A stretch of DNA of 64,000 nt, taken from contig JAHQJS010000006.1 of NCBI GenBank assembly GCA_019057385.1, forward strand, positions 549,038 to 613,037, given 5' to 3'. Under the pieces are notes generated by a model. It saw only the letters and a program-made list of their open reading frames with translations. It searched no databases and was not told the DNA's origin. The translations under genes and the position numbers were made by a program. Positions 47,801-57,519 of the stretch are shown here, piece by piece (position 1 is the first letter of the stretch; the number at the start of each line of letters is the position of its first letter). This stretch comes from Candidatus Borrarchaeum weybense. Its GTDB lineage: Archaea; Asgardarchaeota; Sifarchaeia; Borrarchaeales; Borrarchaeaceae.

Positions 47801-50549
47801 AAAATTCAGAGATTTCTGCTTTTAATTCCTTAGTTTCATTCATTGCTTGTGTTTTGGAACCCTCTGATGTTTCAAGGGCCTCTTTACTGTATTCTTTCAA
47901 ATAATCAATTGTTCCTTTCAAGTTGGATTCGATGTGAACAGAAAATCTGCTTTCAATATTTTTAAGAGTAGTCTGAAGTTCTTCGAATAAGGAGTTTGTA
48001 TTACCTGAGAAGAATACAACAATTTGATCAAAGGTAGAAGAGAAATTCAAAATGTCTGTTGAAATCTTTGTAAGAATTTCTTGAACGCTTTCTGACAAAT
48101 TCCTAAGCTTGCTTTCCGAATCGATTTTTATGGATTTCTTAACGCGTATCAGTTCAGGTTCTATCTCCTCTAATTGAGATTGAAGCGTATCGCTAATTTT
48201 GAGTGATACATCATCCAGATATAAGCTCAAATTTCCTATTAATTCATTCATCTTTTCTTTGAGTATTAAGTTATATTTTTTGTAAATTCCTTTTTCTTCG
48301 TTAGATTCTTCCTTGAGGAGCGTTTGTAATTCCTTTTTCGTTTCAGCACTCTCTTTTTGAATTGACTTCTGAAATGTTGATATCTTGTTATTTAAATCAG
48401 TTTGAAGCGTGGCAAATAAATTATCTAAGCTCTCCTTTTCTTGATTGATTGTATCAGTAGTAGTAGTCGTAAAATTTCCAAAAATTTGATCAAAAGTAGT
48501 AAATTCTGTTCTTAAGTGCTCAGAAACTGTATTTTTGAATTCATTTGAGGCATTCTTGTATTCTTCGATATTCGCATCTCGACCTGTTTCTATTTCCCTT
48601 AGAAAGGCCACAACTTCGTTAGTAAATGTAGTGGCTAAGTGAGTCGCTCCACCATCAAGATACTTATGAAGTTTATCAAGTGTCTCAAGTCTTTCATTTG
48701 CTGCGTCATTGATAACGTTGCTTAGATTCTCTATAAGATTATTATCTATTTCTTCTCTCGATTCAGAATGAGTTGTAATTATTGAATTATTAAATTCAAT
48801 AAGTTGTTCATAATCGTCTTTAGCGTTTTCTAAGTGGTCATCCAGAATTTGATTTACCTCGTCTTGTATTATTTTGCTATTCGTAGTAAACGTTTCTTTA
48901 TTTTCAGAGAGTAGAGAGTAGACTTTTGTTTCTAATTCTCTACTAAATTTCCTGCTGTCCTCTATAAGTTCATTAAAAGTTAGTTTGATGGATTTATCTA
49001 CACGAGTTGCAGTATTTTTGTATTCCTCAAAACGATTTGCCATATGACTTGATATTGATTGAAATAGGCTCGCTAGTTCTTTCACAAACTCATCAGAAAA
49101 TTGGGTAATAGTGTTCTCCGTTTGCGCTCTTAGTTTAGTCAATACATTCCTATATTCCTTTACATGGGTAGTAACTTCATTCTCATGTGTGAGTTTAATC
49201 GCGTCGACATTTTTCTCGTACTCAATTAAATTATTTTTCCTTAGTTGTGCAATTTCTTCAATGACTTTCAAAGAATTTGAATGAAGGACTTCTACTATTC
49301 CCTCTAAATCTTCAATCCATCCATCCCTCTTTCCTGCTAACTTTACTTGATATTCTTCAATTTCGTCAATTAATGTCTTCTGAAGAATTGATTCAAAACT
49401 AGAAATAGCGGTGCCAAATTCTTGTTTCGAAAGATTAACATTGGTAACATATTCTGATGTGATCTCGTCTACGCTCGTTTTATAGTGCCCAAAGATGAAA
49501 TTTACCATATCAAAAGCTTTTGTAATAAAATCCGTCAAATCTTTTTGGTATTCTTCTATGTATGTTGAAAAATCTTCTTGAATTTTTATTTCAAATGCTT
49601 TCAGATCTTCTTCGAATTCATCCTTTTGAGTGGAAATATTAACTGATGTGATTTCTCCTAGACTTTTGGGGATTTCCATTATTTGGTCAAAATTCGTGTT
49701 TATTTTTTGAGTAAAACGATCTCTTAAACTGGAAATTTGTGTGTTAATTTTTTCTATTGAAACTGTAAGTGCATCATCTATTTTGTTGTCTATTGATTGC
49801 TCGATCTTATTGACATCATCTTGACAATTTTGTATCTTTTGAGTGGTGCTTTCTTTTAAAGGGGTAATAAGATCATTGCACTGTGTCTTTTCGCTTTCTA
49901 AAGTTTCTATGATCACTTTTGTTGACTGTGATGATTGGCTCTTGATTTTCGTGTTTGTGGCATCGCAAGATTCACTAATTTCTTTACTTATATTCTGAAT
50001 CAATGCTTTCATGTCATTTTGTAGACTTGAAAGGATATCTAAGAGGGTCCCTTTTGTGTTCTTACTTACTTCTTTTATCCCCTCAAGGTTTTCAAATAAG
50101 ATGCTGGTCAGTTCTTCATCAGTTTGTGTAATATTATCCTTCAGGACATTTGTATGAGAATCTGTTGCTTGAACTATAGTTTCAGTCGATTTAACTATTT
50201 CAGTATCAAGCTGTGCTAAAGTTTGATCAAGATAGGTCTTCACTTCCTCATAAATACGGCTCATGGAGTCCTGAAATGTCAAAGTTCCTTCTTGAATGAT
50301 CGAAAGGGGGGGAACACCAAAAAATTTCTCAATTTTCCCAGGAATGCTTTTTATAAATCCCTTTCTTTGCAGTTTTGCTATCGCTTCTGGTACATTCTCT
50401 TTTTTCGAATATAGTTCGATTTCACCTAACGTAATTATCCTTTGTGCTAAGGCAGCAGCATAAATTTGAAATTCATCTTCAGATAATCCTAAAAGTTTAG
50501 GGGTGAATATTTGATCCGCTTCTTTTGCCAATTTAGTATCTCCCTTCAA
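44808..50549 (-). CDS. 1913-aa protein: TrmB-like wHTH, ~1700-aa helical rod, TrmB effector-like C-terminal domain
   Basis: N-terminal LGLSEDE..IY.AL.....TLGEI......L..KGFI....G....F..VPPL; C-terminal ERTKRTLTIITP...RDNEEVLIAP. Confidence 0.8.
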   Translation of the reverse strand: MKGDTKLAKEADQIFTPKLLGLSEDEFQIYAAALAQRIITLGEIELYSKKENVPEAIAKLQRKGFIKSIPGKIEKFFGVPPLSIIQEGTLTFQDSMSRIYEEVKTYLDQTLAQLDTEIVKSTETIVQATDSHTNVLKDNITQTDEELTSILFENLEGIKEVSKNTKGTLLDILSSLQNDMKALIQNISKEISESCDATNTKIKSQSSQSTKVIIETLESEKTQCNDLITPLKESTTQKIQNCQDDVNKIEQSIDNKIDDALTVSIEKINTQISSLRDRFTQKINTNFDQIMEIPKSLGEITSVNISTQKDEFEEDLKAFEIKIQEDFSTYIEEYQKDLTDFITKAFDMVNFIFGHYKTSVDEITSEYVTNVNLSKQEFGTAISSFESILQKTLIDEIEEYQVKLAGKRDGWIEDLEGIVEVLHSNSLKVIEEIAQLRKNNLIEYEKNVDAIKLTHENEVTTHVKEYRNVLTKLRAQTENTITQFSDEFVKELASLFQSISSHMANRFEEYKNTATRVDKSIKLTFNELIEDSRKFSRELETKVYSLLSENKETFTTNSKIIQDEVNQILDDHLENAKDDYEQLIEFNNSIITTHSESREEIDNNLIENLSNVINDAANERLETLDKLHKYLDGGATHLATTFTNEVVAFLREIETGRDANIEEYKNASNEFKNTVSEHLRTEFTTFDQIFGNFTTTTTDTINQEKESLDNLFATLQTDLNNKISTFQKSIQKESAETKKELQTLLKEESNEEKGIYKKYNLILKEKMNELIGNLSLYLDDVSLKISDTLQSQLEEIEPELIRVKKSIKIDSESKLRNLSESVQEILTKISTDILNFSSTFDQIVVFFSGNTNSLFEELQTTLKNIESRFSVHIESNLKGTIDYLKEYSKEALETSEGSKTQAMNETKELKAEISEFFENLDINKIRESKELFDKHIERYTNLIAQHFEQFDNNIEESLTQKITALKDKQTEFKEALSTEVSAKIHRPLIQASKNSELRISTTLQNFTNMMGSLAKGFADNLQLRFKEFSDEYQTSLKEFSQIIDKQMKELKDTTKSIDKYSKELKAKQIESEKIEIKNIENEIMKYTGELHNTKETTLKTLEETLLRTLEEGKTRTIDTNQSLKESIEVAYTKTHEQLTNELNAVNEGIISNFQSEIDRLNTETKNLTKELDTVVTSHLREHDELLTAQVNNITKLIAGIKELLDAQVDATKIASSEYIGTTKKLYSENIAATLKTITSAKTELLEDFAAKTQALQKEINNRFTDQISILKKDITTLKQEYKKRIANSKRQHSKAINALKKEFSDDFSTYIEHIDIEITEAKKSVSDSLLSNITLYELNNALAIGQLTQIQEDTTSQLIKSMTEANEDFINLLSTQESDLDTFFQLVRQELTRLLDLNKETQNNSLDLFEDALKNKIESNDAEIENTVNSIRESALELVDFHLATSNESRAALREEINERLSKVLQEVNSIALSKIDAIETIKLRLSEEMEKMVHTTQEDTEGIHTKYLQELEEKAQIAENEILATVKKISETVTQEITTINDEIKNLVDGHRQKTSEMATLVDTEITTTLEQAIESFEKRLAKLNADITTTRESRVQLFEEHVQSLEEFVTNALNTNLGDLLRFVSEIQELSQSWTAKITDDFTDSVNQLNEETRNHLGQKSEEKIEEVARIVSEIGEELTTSYNIIESTKNDLQNGLQNLSLQQSHNIDEFNTTIKTKFVGNVKANIENLVNINKKIIQETNDKIQEIIENTANYEVVVKDLWEEIQDILSVGIASENTWYLIGEQLNDFSRAAIERTKRTLTIITPNIKDVSFNTIKKLDPSVQVLIITQPELETDDEKHALQELYQLGNVRVKKNSKIEYSVLSRDNEEVLIAPKGAETLGIISEDPSYVAMINKIIRPEVVRSAGSSP

Positions 50550-50699
50550 TTCTCTAATCTAATAATATCTTTTAGTTCTTTTAAATCTAAATTTTTTTTG
50601 CAACCAAAAGTTATTTAGCCTCAATTTCAGCTATTTTTTGTAAAATTGATTATTCAATGTTTCTTGTTACTTATAGCCGATTGAATGTAATGAGGATTC

Positions 50700-51857
50700 A
50701 TGGTGAAAATATCATCTGATGCTTTAAAATTTCTTAAATTGAAACAATGGCTGGATTCCAGGGATTTAACAATTCTTGTTTTTATTATAGCTTCTTTTTT
50801 ACTTTTTTGGCTATTTTATGGGGTAATTTCTTATTTTTTTGCGATCTCAGTCCCATTATCGGGGATAATTTTTATACTGGCAATCCATTTATTTGTTATT
50901 TTTGGTAGCATATTACTGATTGCTCGCGTTAGACGTCGATTTCTTCGTTTATCATCATTATTGCAAGATGAAAGAGTGTCAATTAAAGAAATCTCTGAAA
51001 ACTTTCTGATTCCTGAAAAGAAAATCAAGAGCGCAATTTTGCAGTTCAAGAAAGAAGGAATAATTTCAGGAGTTATTAATGCTGATAAAGACGTCTATCT
51101 CAATTTTAGTCGAGACCGATGGAATGAAGCGCGAAATTTGCTTATAGAACATAAAAAAATCTCTACTGTGGACTTAGCAAAGCACTTCGAAGTTTTAAAA
51201 AGTGAAGCGAAATTCATTTTGTTAGAGATTCAGGATCAAAAAATGGTACACGGTTACTTTGTAGAGGAAAATAGAGAATTCGTCACACAAGAATGGATTT
51301 ATGATACGTTTAGAGAATCATTAGAAAAGCAAGGACGAATTAATCTAAATAAGACGAAACAACGCCTTGGATTGACTGATGAAGCATTTCAGTATGAATT
51401 TAACAACTTTATTCGAGTCGAAAATGTTACTGGCTTTTATTTTGGCAAAAATGAATTCGTTAAATTTGAAGAGCAGGATAAAAATACTTTCTTAGAGGAA
51501 ATAATGAGTGCTGGAAGCATACTAATTAAGGCCCTATCTACTAAGTTCAACTTATCAGAAGATTATTGCAGCTATCTAATTACTGAGTATCGTTCTAATG
51601 GATTATTAAATGGAATATTATCAGAGGACAAAAGAGTCTTCATTACCCTTGATTCACTAAGAGAACATATTTTTTTGGCAATCTCGAAAGATAAGACCCT
51701 AAAAATCTTCGCAAAAGACTTAGGACTCCCTCATGATGTTTTATATACGACAATACTCCGTAATTTTACCTTTGAAGATCTAATAGAGCGTACAGGCGTG
51801 ACCCGAAATGCACTTGAAAATATTCTTAATCAACTTTTAACAGAAAAAGAAGAATAG
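50700..51857 (+). CDS. Membrane-anchored protein with tandem PCI-like winged-helix repeats
   Basis: Two N-terminal TM helices; repeated wing motifs ISGVINADKDVYL / VHGYFVEENREFVT / VTGFYFGKNEFV / LNGILSEDKRVFIT. Confidence 0.75.
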   Translation: MVKISSDALKFLKLKQWLDSRDLTILVFIIASFLLFWLFYGVISYFFAISVPLSGIIFILAIHLFVIFGSILLIARVRRRFLRLSSLLQDERVSIKEISENFLIPEKKIKSAILQFKKEGIISGVINADKDVYLNFSRDRWNEARNLLIEHKKISTVDLAKHFEVLKSEAKFILLEIQDQKMVHGYFVEENREFVTQEWIYDTFRESLEKQGRINLNKTKQRLGLTDEAFQYEFNNFIRVENVTGFYFGKNEFVKFEEQDKNTFLEEIMSAGSILIKALSTKFNLSEDYCSYLITEYRSNGLLNGILSEDKRVFITLDSLREHIFLAISKDKTLKIFAKDLGLPHDVLYTTILRNFTFEDLIERTGVTRNALENILNQLLTEKEE

Positions 51858-51972
51858 ACGTGACTGTGTTTGTTGCTCCTTTAGCGAAATATGGCAAAAT
51901 ACTACTTAACAAAAACGGAAAGTTTTATAGGGAATGTTCTCGTAGAAACTACAAGTCTTGGAAGGTGACTTC

Positions 51973-52209
51973 ATGTCTTTGGAACTTAAAGTAATGTTAA
52001 GTCTTCATAATTTGGGAGTTGTAAAAGAGGAAGTCGCAAAGACACCCGATCAACTTGCAAATACGTTAAACATGAATTTCGATGATGTTAAAAGGGCGCT
52101 AGAAACACTATCATCAGAAAGTTACGTAAGTAAAATTCCTCACGAGAATAGTCATGCCTATTTCCTCACAGGGAAGGGCATAGTGACTGTTTGTAGCATG
52201 TTTACATAA
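51973..52209 (+). CDS. Small winged-helix protein
   Basis: T..QLA..L......V..AL..L....YV......YFLTGKG; ATG follows GAAGGTGA. Confidence 0.8.
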   Translation: MSLELKVMLSLHNLGVVKEEVAKTPDQLANTLNMNFDDVKRALETLSSESYVSKIPHENSHAYFLTGKGIVTVCSMFT

Positions 52210-52255
52210 GTCATTTGATCTAGGAGGAGCTCATCTAAATTTAAAGAGGTTTTTT

Positions 52256-52897
52256 ATGGCAGTAAAGAAAGCTCTAATTGTAACTTGGGAATACTCTCCA
52301 AAAATTGGCTCTATCGCTCCTGCATGCGAAACTTTAGTTAAAGGACTTGTAGCTCAAAATATTAAAGTGGACGTAGTTACTTGGGATGATTGGCGAGCAT
52401 ATATGGGATTTGAGGATAGAGATGATGTGCGAATTCATTATATTAGCGCCCCTATTTCGCCTGCTTCTAATACAATAACCTTCTATGCCACTCTCAATAC
52501 TGAGTTGGAACGTGTGGCGGCGTCTATTTTTCATGAGTCCCCTGTTGTTCCAGATGTAATTCATGTCCACGAATGGATAACTGTCCTAGCAGGACTTTCT
52601 TTGAAAAGCATATTTAATAAACCTCTCATCTTAACACTCTATAGCCTGGAAGATCATAGAAGCCATGGGGCGACATCGCCATTTAATGAATCCATTAAGG
52701 CTATAGAACGAAAAGGAGTAAAAGCGGCTTCAAAGATAATAGTATTTTCCAACTTCATGAGGGACGGGATTGTCGATGTCTATGGTGTATCCAAAGACAA
52801 AATTTGTGTAATGAGTTTAGATGAAGCCCTGAGTGGTCGAACCGCAGAAATTTATAACGAAATAGTTGAACAAGATCAATCTATTTCTGTACGTTAA
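52256..52897 (+). CDS. Stand-alone GT4 N-terminal domain protein
   Basis: TWEYSP, DVIHVHEW, PLILTLYSLE..RS; the C-terminal EPFG domain is missing. Confidence 0.8.
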   Translation: MAVKKALIVTWEYSPKIGSIAPACETLVKGLVAQNIKVDVVTWDDWRAYMGFEDRDDVRIHYISAPISPASNTITFYATLNTELERVAASIFHESPVVPDVIHVHEWITVLAGLSLKSIFNKPLILTLYSLEDHRSHGATSPFNESIKAIERKGVKAASKIIVFSNFMRDGIVDVYGVSKDKICVMSLDEALSGRTAEIYNEIVEQDQSISVR

Positions 52898-53015
52898 ATA
52901 AGAGATTTGAAGTTTTTTTAATCATTTTTTGTTTTCATCTTCCTCCACATAAAGGCTTAAATTCTTTGAATTCCCATGATTGAAACAATAAAGGATTATA
53001 GTCAAGGGAATATCT

Positions 53016-54254
53016 TTGAAACCGTTAACAGTGATTCATTTATCATGGGAGTTTCCACCACGTAAGGTTGGTGGTCTTGCTGCGCATGTATCTGACCTCA
53101 GTCAAGCTTTGACAAAGTTAGGTCACAATATATACGTTATAACTACCGACTTTCCAGGTACAAAAGAGACTGAAGTCGTTGGTGGCGTGAACGTTCACAG
53201 GTATGATTCATATTCATTCCCTGGACCTGACTTCATTACATGGGCTATCTTAATGCAACAGACAATGCAGGAAAAAGCAGCTGAAGTCATTACTGAATTA
53301 CATGCTTCAGGACAGCAAGTTGATCTTATTCACGCTCATGACTGGCTCTCCGGCCTTGCTGCAATTGAATTGAAGCACGGATTTAGACTCCCACTAGTGA
53401 CGACTATCCACTCCACGGAGCTTGGACGAAGAAATGGACTGCACGATGATGGACAACGAATGATCCATGCAATTGAAAAGCGATTATCCTTCGATAGTTG
53501 GAGAATAATTGCATGTAGCCGTTATATGGCGGATCAAATTAAATATGCATATGCTCTTTCTGAAGATAAGATCGATGTAATCCCAAACGGAGTTTACACC
53601 AAAGAATTCAAAAGCGTAGACACGCAATCTACTGTAGATCTCGATTTTCGAAGAACATATGCAACAGATCAAGAAAAAATCGTTTTGTTTGTCGGAAGGA
53701 TGGTGCCAGAAAAAGGCGTAAACGTTTTAGTCGGAAGCATACCTCAAGTTCTAGCTAGCATGCCCAACGCAAAATTTATTTTCGTTGGAGATGGATACTA
53801 TCGTGCACAATACATGCGCATTGCATATGGTCTTGGTGTCGCTCATAAGTGCTTCTTCACAGGTTTTGTCGAAAAGGATAGTGATGTCCGAAAATTGTTT
53901 ACTCTTGCAGATGCCTGCGTCTTTCCAAGCTTCTACGAACCCTTCGGAATTGTTGCCTTAGAAGCTATGGCTGCAGGTACTCCAGTTATAGTTTCAGATA
54001 TTGGCGGTCTCTCTGAAATCATTGATCATGGTCATACTGGATTGAAAGTTCCTGTCAATAATTCTAGTGCTTTAGCGAGAGCAATTATCTCTCTATTAAG
54101 TGATTCTGGATTAGCGAGTTCGTTACGCAAAAATGCACTTGAGACAGTACAGAAATTATATCATTGGCAGAGAATTGCAAAACATACTACTCGGGTATAC
54201 CAACGCGTTGTTAGTGAATACCAAAAAAATCCGTGGAAACCTAAAGCATTTTAA
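53016..54254 (+). CDS. GT4 glycosyltransferase (alpha-glucan/glycogen synthase-like)
   Basis: WEFPP..VGGL, HAHDW, TIHSTE.GR, VGR...EKG, YEPFGIVALEAMA. Confidence 0.93.
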   Translation: MKPLTVIHLSWEFPPRKVGGLAAHVSDLSQALTKLGHNIYVITTDFPGTKETEVVGGVNVHRYDSYSFPGPDFITWAILMQQTMQEKAAEVITELHASGQQVDLIHAHDWLSGLAAIELKHGFRLPLVTTIHSTELGRRNGLHDDGQRMIHAIEKRLSFDSWRIIACSRYMADQIKYAYALSEDKIDVIPNGVYTKEFKSVDTQSTVDLDFRRTYATDQEKIVLFVGRMVPEKGVNVLVGSIPQVLASMPNAKFIFVGDGYYRAQYMRIAYGLGVAHKCFFTGFVEKDSDVRKLFTLADACVFPSFYEPFGIVALEAMAAGTPVIVSDIGGLSEIIDHGHTGLKVPVNNSSALARAIISLLSDSGLASSLRKNALETVQKLYHWQRIAKHTTRVYQRVVSEYQKNPWKPKAF

Positions 54255-54290
54255 TTATTCAAAAAAACAGTTGCCTACCCTTTAATGCTT

Positions 54291-55553
54291 TTATTTAACG
54301 TAATTTTGCAGAACATTTTCGTATATGGGTATAGTTCTTTCTATACATTTATCCCATGTGAATTCTGCCAGTACCCGTTTTCGTGCATTTTCTCCTAAGA
54401 TTTTCGTATGATCAGGGTCTCTTAGGATATTTTTAATCCCCCAGGCAACATCTTTGGGATCATAAGGATTCACATGATACCCACAATGTCCTTCACCACT
54501 AGACACTATCTGCTCTCTTAATCCACTTATACCTTGAGCTCCAACAACAACAGGTGTGCTGCAGGCCATAGCTTCAGTACATGCTCTTCCAAACGGTTTC
54601 CATGTGGATGGGAAGACGGCAACATCTGCAGCCACATAGTGGGCAATTTTCTCTATTTCCGTAACGTATTCTGTTCTCACTATAACGTTTCCTCGTAGTT
54701 CTGATTCAATTTTCCCTTTTAATTCTGTAGGCAAAACATTTTCGCTGAGAAGTACTAATTTCGAGCGTGGAAATTCGTTAATTACGTCTGGCATAGCTTT
54801 AATGAGCGCCTCAATATTCTCAGAAGGAGAAAAGTCGCCAATGTATAAAATCATGGGGTCGCCTTCATTGATTCCATATCTTTCACGAAGTTCCAGAATT
54901 AGTGCCTCATCGCTATTTGAGGGTGCATAAGTCTGTGCGTCAACCCCATCCCAACAAACGAAAATTTTTTTTCTTTCTTCTTCTTTTAACCCCATCCTTA
55001 GCAACTCTTCTTGAACAGCATAAGATGGAACAATTATGGCATCCGAAACTTCTAATCCTCGTCTCTCGATGGATTCAATAGTGATACTTCCACGTCCCGT
55101 ACCGCGTATTCTTTCTGTAGAATGTACATGAAAAATTAGAGGAATGTCTAATTGTCTTTTTACTGCAATTCCAGCAAGAATTGCATCACTGTTATGGGCA
55201 GAAATAATGTCAAATTCTCTTTTTTCTTCAAAAACAAGCTGATTAATCAATTGACCTGAAGCTAATATGTTATATGATACCATGTCTGAAAAAACATGAA
55301 GATCATAGTTTGATCGCATAAGATCGGAACTCACAAACATCGGTATCATGTCACGAATATCTATAAGCTCAGGGCGACGTACTTCTATTCCTTTCCACAT
55401 TTCAGTGCTTAAAAAAGAGCCAGCTGGATTTGTTGTAAATACTGTGACCTCATGACCTACCTCTAGGAGTTTTCTACTCATTTCTCTTGCATAAACACCT
55501 AAAGACCGCTCCCTTAGTGGAGGGAACTCACTGCAGAAACAAGCAATTTTCAT
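54291..55553 (-). CDS. GT4 glycosyltransferase paralogue with altered catalytic motifs
   Basis: SEFPP, HVHSTE; IGDF replaces GR; WKPFGRACTEAMA replaces EPFG. Confidence 0.88.
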   Translation of the reverse strand: MKIACFCSEFPPLRERSLGVYAREMSRKLLEVGHEVTVFTTNPAGSFLSTEMWKGIEVRRPELIDIRDMIPMFVSSDLMRSNYDLHVFSDMVSYNILASGQLINQLVFEEKREFDIISAHNSDAILAGIAVKRQLDIPLIFHVHSTERIRGTGRGSITIESIERRGLEVSDAIIVPSYAVQEELLRMGLKEEERKKIFVCWDGVDAQTYAPSNSDEALILELRERYGINEGDPMILYIGDFSPSENIEALIKAMPDVINEFPRSKLVLLSENVLPTELKGKIESELRGNVIVRTEYVTEIEKIAHYVAADVAVFPSTWKPFGRACTEAMACSTPVVVGAQGISGLREQIVSSGEGHCGYHVNPYDPKDVAWGIKNILRDPDHTKILGENARKRVLAEFTWDKCIERTIPIYENVLQNYVK

Positions 55554-55794
55554 TTTTCATCTCACCTAATTCAGATATTAAGAGGACACAATTATGTTGC
55601 TAAGGAGTCTCTAATATCGTATAGAGTGGGTTCTTAAGGTTTTTGGTGACATGTTTTTCTGTTTAAAAGTACAGAAAATTGTATAAGATCGCAATCTTTA
55701 AAAGATTCAGTACGAAATGGAAAATGACTTTTAAATTCCCAAAGATGCTTCGCTTTACATGGCACAGGGTTTTTTCTAATTTGGAGGTTTTATA

Positions 55795-57081
55795 ATATCA
55801 GCTTTAACAGTTAGATTTCTCGGCGGTTGTCGAACGATAGGCGGTTCAGGTGTACTAGTCGAGAACGATGATAATAGAGGCGCTCTTTTCGATTACGGTG
55901 TATACCTCTTTCAGAATGGTAGACGACGTCCCAGTTTTCCAGAACATGTATCACCAAAAAGTCTTGATGCAGTTCTTCTGTCGCATGCGCATATCGATCA
56001 TTCTGGTGGTCTCCCTATCTTTTATTCAACAGGAGCACCACCCTTATTTGCCACAAGTGCGACTCTAGCGTTAACAGAACTTTTAATTCAAGATATGCTT
56101 CGTATCTCAGGAAAATATATCCCCTTTGAAGCTCAAGAACTTGGTCGTATGATGCATTATGCAACTCCACTCGACTACGATAAATGGATGCAGGCTAATT
56201 CATTTCGTTTCAAGCTATTTAACGCAGGGCATATACCTGGCAGTTCTCTTATTCTTTTAGAATGCAATGGCAAACGAATTCTGTATACAGGCGACTTCAA
56301 CGATTTAGATACCGCACTTTTAACCGGTGCATCTCTCTTAGAGGAAGAACTTGACGCAGTAATCATCGAAAGTACTTATTCACAAAAACTTCGCTCTGAT
56401 CGACAGAAAATAGAACTGGAGTTAATTAAGGCGACAGAAAATATTTTAGAAGAGAACGGAACGATTTGTATTCCTGCTTTTTCTGTAGGGCGTAGTCAAG
56501 AGATCATGTGTATTCTTACAAAATATGCAGTTGATGCATTCTGCATTGTTGATGGGATGGCCCGAGCCGTAAATCAAATTATCACGGCAAACCCAGAATC
56601 CATTAGAGACTATAATCTTTTCCTAGATGCATTAAAAAAGATTCATAGCGTCAGAAACAAAAAAGATCGAGATCGTGCGCTTTCTAAGGACTTACCAAGT
56701 GTAATTATCGCACCAGCTGGAATGTTAACGGGTGGTTCAGTAAAATATTACATCAAAAAACTCTATGATGATCCCAGAAATGGATTGTTTTTCGTTTCCT
56801 TTCAGGTTGAAGGGACACCCGGTTACAAGATACTAAAAACAGGACAATTTCAATATAAGAAGAAATTTGTTGACATTGAAGCACAAATTAAGCATTTCGA
56901 GCTTTCTTCACATGCCGATCGAACTGGTCTTCTTGAATTACTGAAAAACATTCAAGGGACACCAAAAGTCTTTTGTATGCATGGCGATAATGATTCCTGC
57001 ACGATTTTTGCTCAAGAAACTATTGAGAATTTAGGCCTGGATGCGGTTGCACCCAGCGTCGGTGATACCTTCAAAATATAG
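55795..57081 (+). CDS. Beta-CASP metallo-beta-lactamase ribonuclease (aCPSF-like), non-canonical ATA start
   Basis: The frame is open upstream of 56095 and contains FLGG...IGGS, FDYG and SHAHIDHSG. It also has AGHIPGS, YTGDF, ESTY and SSHAD, with GGAGG at 55783. Confidence 0.9.
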   Translation: MSALTVRFLGGCRTIGGSGVLVENDDNRGALFDYGVYLFQNGRRRPSFPEHVSPKSLDAVLLSHAHIDHSGGLPIFYSTGAPPLFATSATLALTELLIQDMLRISGKYIPFEAQELGRMMHYATPLDYDKWMQANSFRFKLFNAGHIPGSSLILLECNGKRILYTGDFNDLDTALLTGASLLEEELDAVIIESTYSQKLRSDRQKIELELIKATENILEENGTICIPAFSVGRSQEIMCILTKYAVDAFCIVDGMARAVNQIITANPESIRDYNLFLDALKKIHSVRNKKDRDRALSKDLPSVIIAPAGMLTGGSVKYYIKKLYDDPRNGLFFVSFQVEGTPGYKILKTGQFQYKKKFVDIEAQIKHFELSSHADRTGLLELLKNIQGTPKVFCMHGDNDSCTIFAQETIENLGLDAVAPSVGDTFKI

Positions 57082-57108
57082 TTCAAAATGGGATAGTTTA
57101 AACTGAAT

Positions 57109-57312
57109 TCAATATTTTTCTCCCGAAAAAGCTATACCGATAAGAGAAATTAAGGCGAGTGCTATACCCATTTGCCAATGATGAATATGAACTCCTGAAA
57201 TGACGAGTGAATATTGGGGATCAAGAACTATCCATTGCAAGAAATATCCTTCGATAAACGCCAGTAATCCAATTATAAACAAAATAATAAAGAAAGCTCG
57301 AAGTTTTCTCAT
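57109..57312 (-). CDS. Small 2-TM membrane protein with an HIHHW motif
   Basis: GVHIHHWQMG between two hydrophobic helices. Confidence 0.65.
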   Translation of the reverse strand: MRKLRAFFIILFIIGLLAFIEGYFLQWIVLDPQYSLVISGVHIHHWQMGIALALISLIGIAFSGEKY

Positions 57313-57519
57313 TTCTTATTCCATCCATTTCCCAAAATGAATTAATTGTAACATAACAGAATGAAGGCAAAATTTTTTGAGTTGCTTATTCACTAAGCTT
57401 CGTTCTATGGGATGATATTGCCACCAAAGTATATTAAGCCTTCTTTCTACAAAATGAAAAAATAAAAAGAAAAAATCCTACTCAATGTGAGTATTCAAAC
57501 AGGATAAGGAAGAATCAAT

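Noticed and set aside
44808-50549. SMC/Rad50 or chemoreceptor assignment
   Set aside because: No Walker A/B, signature motif or hinge is visible, and there are no TM segments or MCP hairpin motif.
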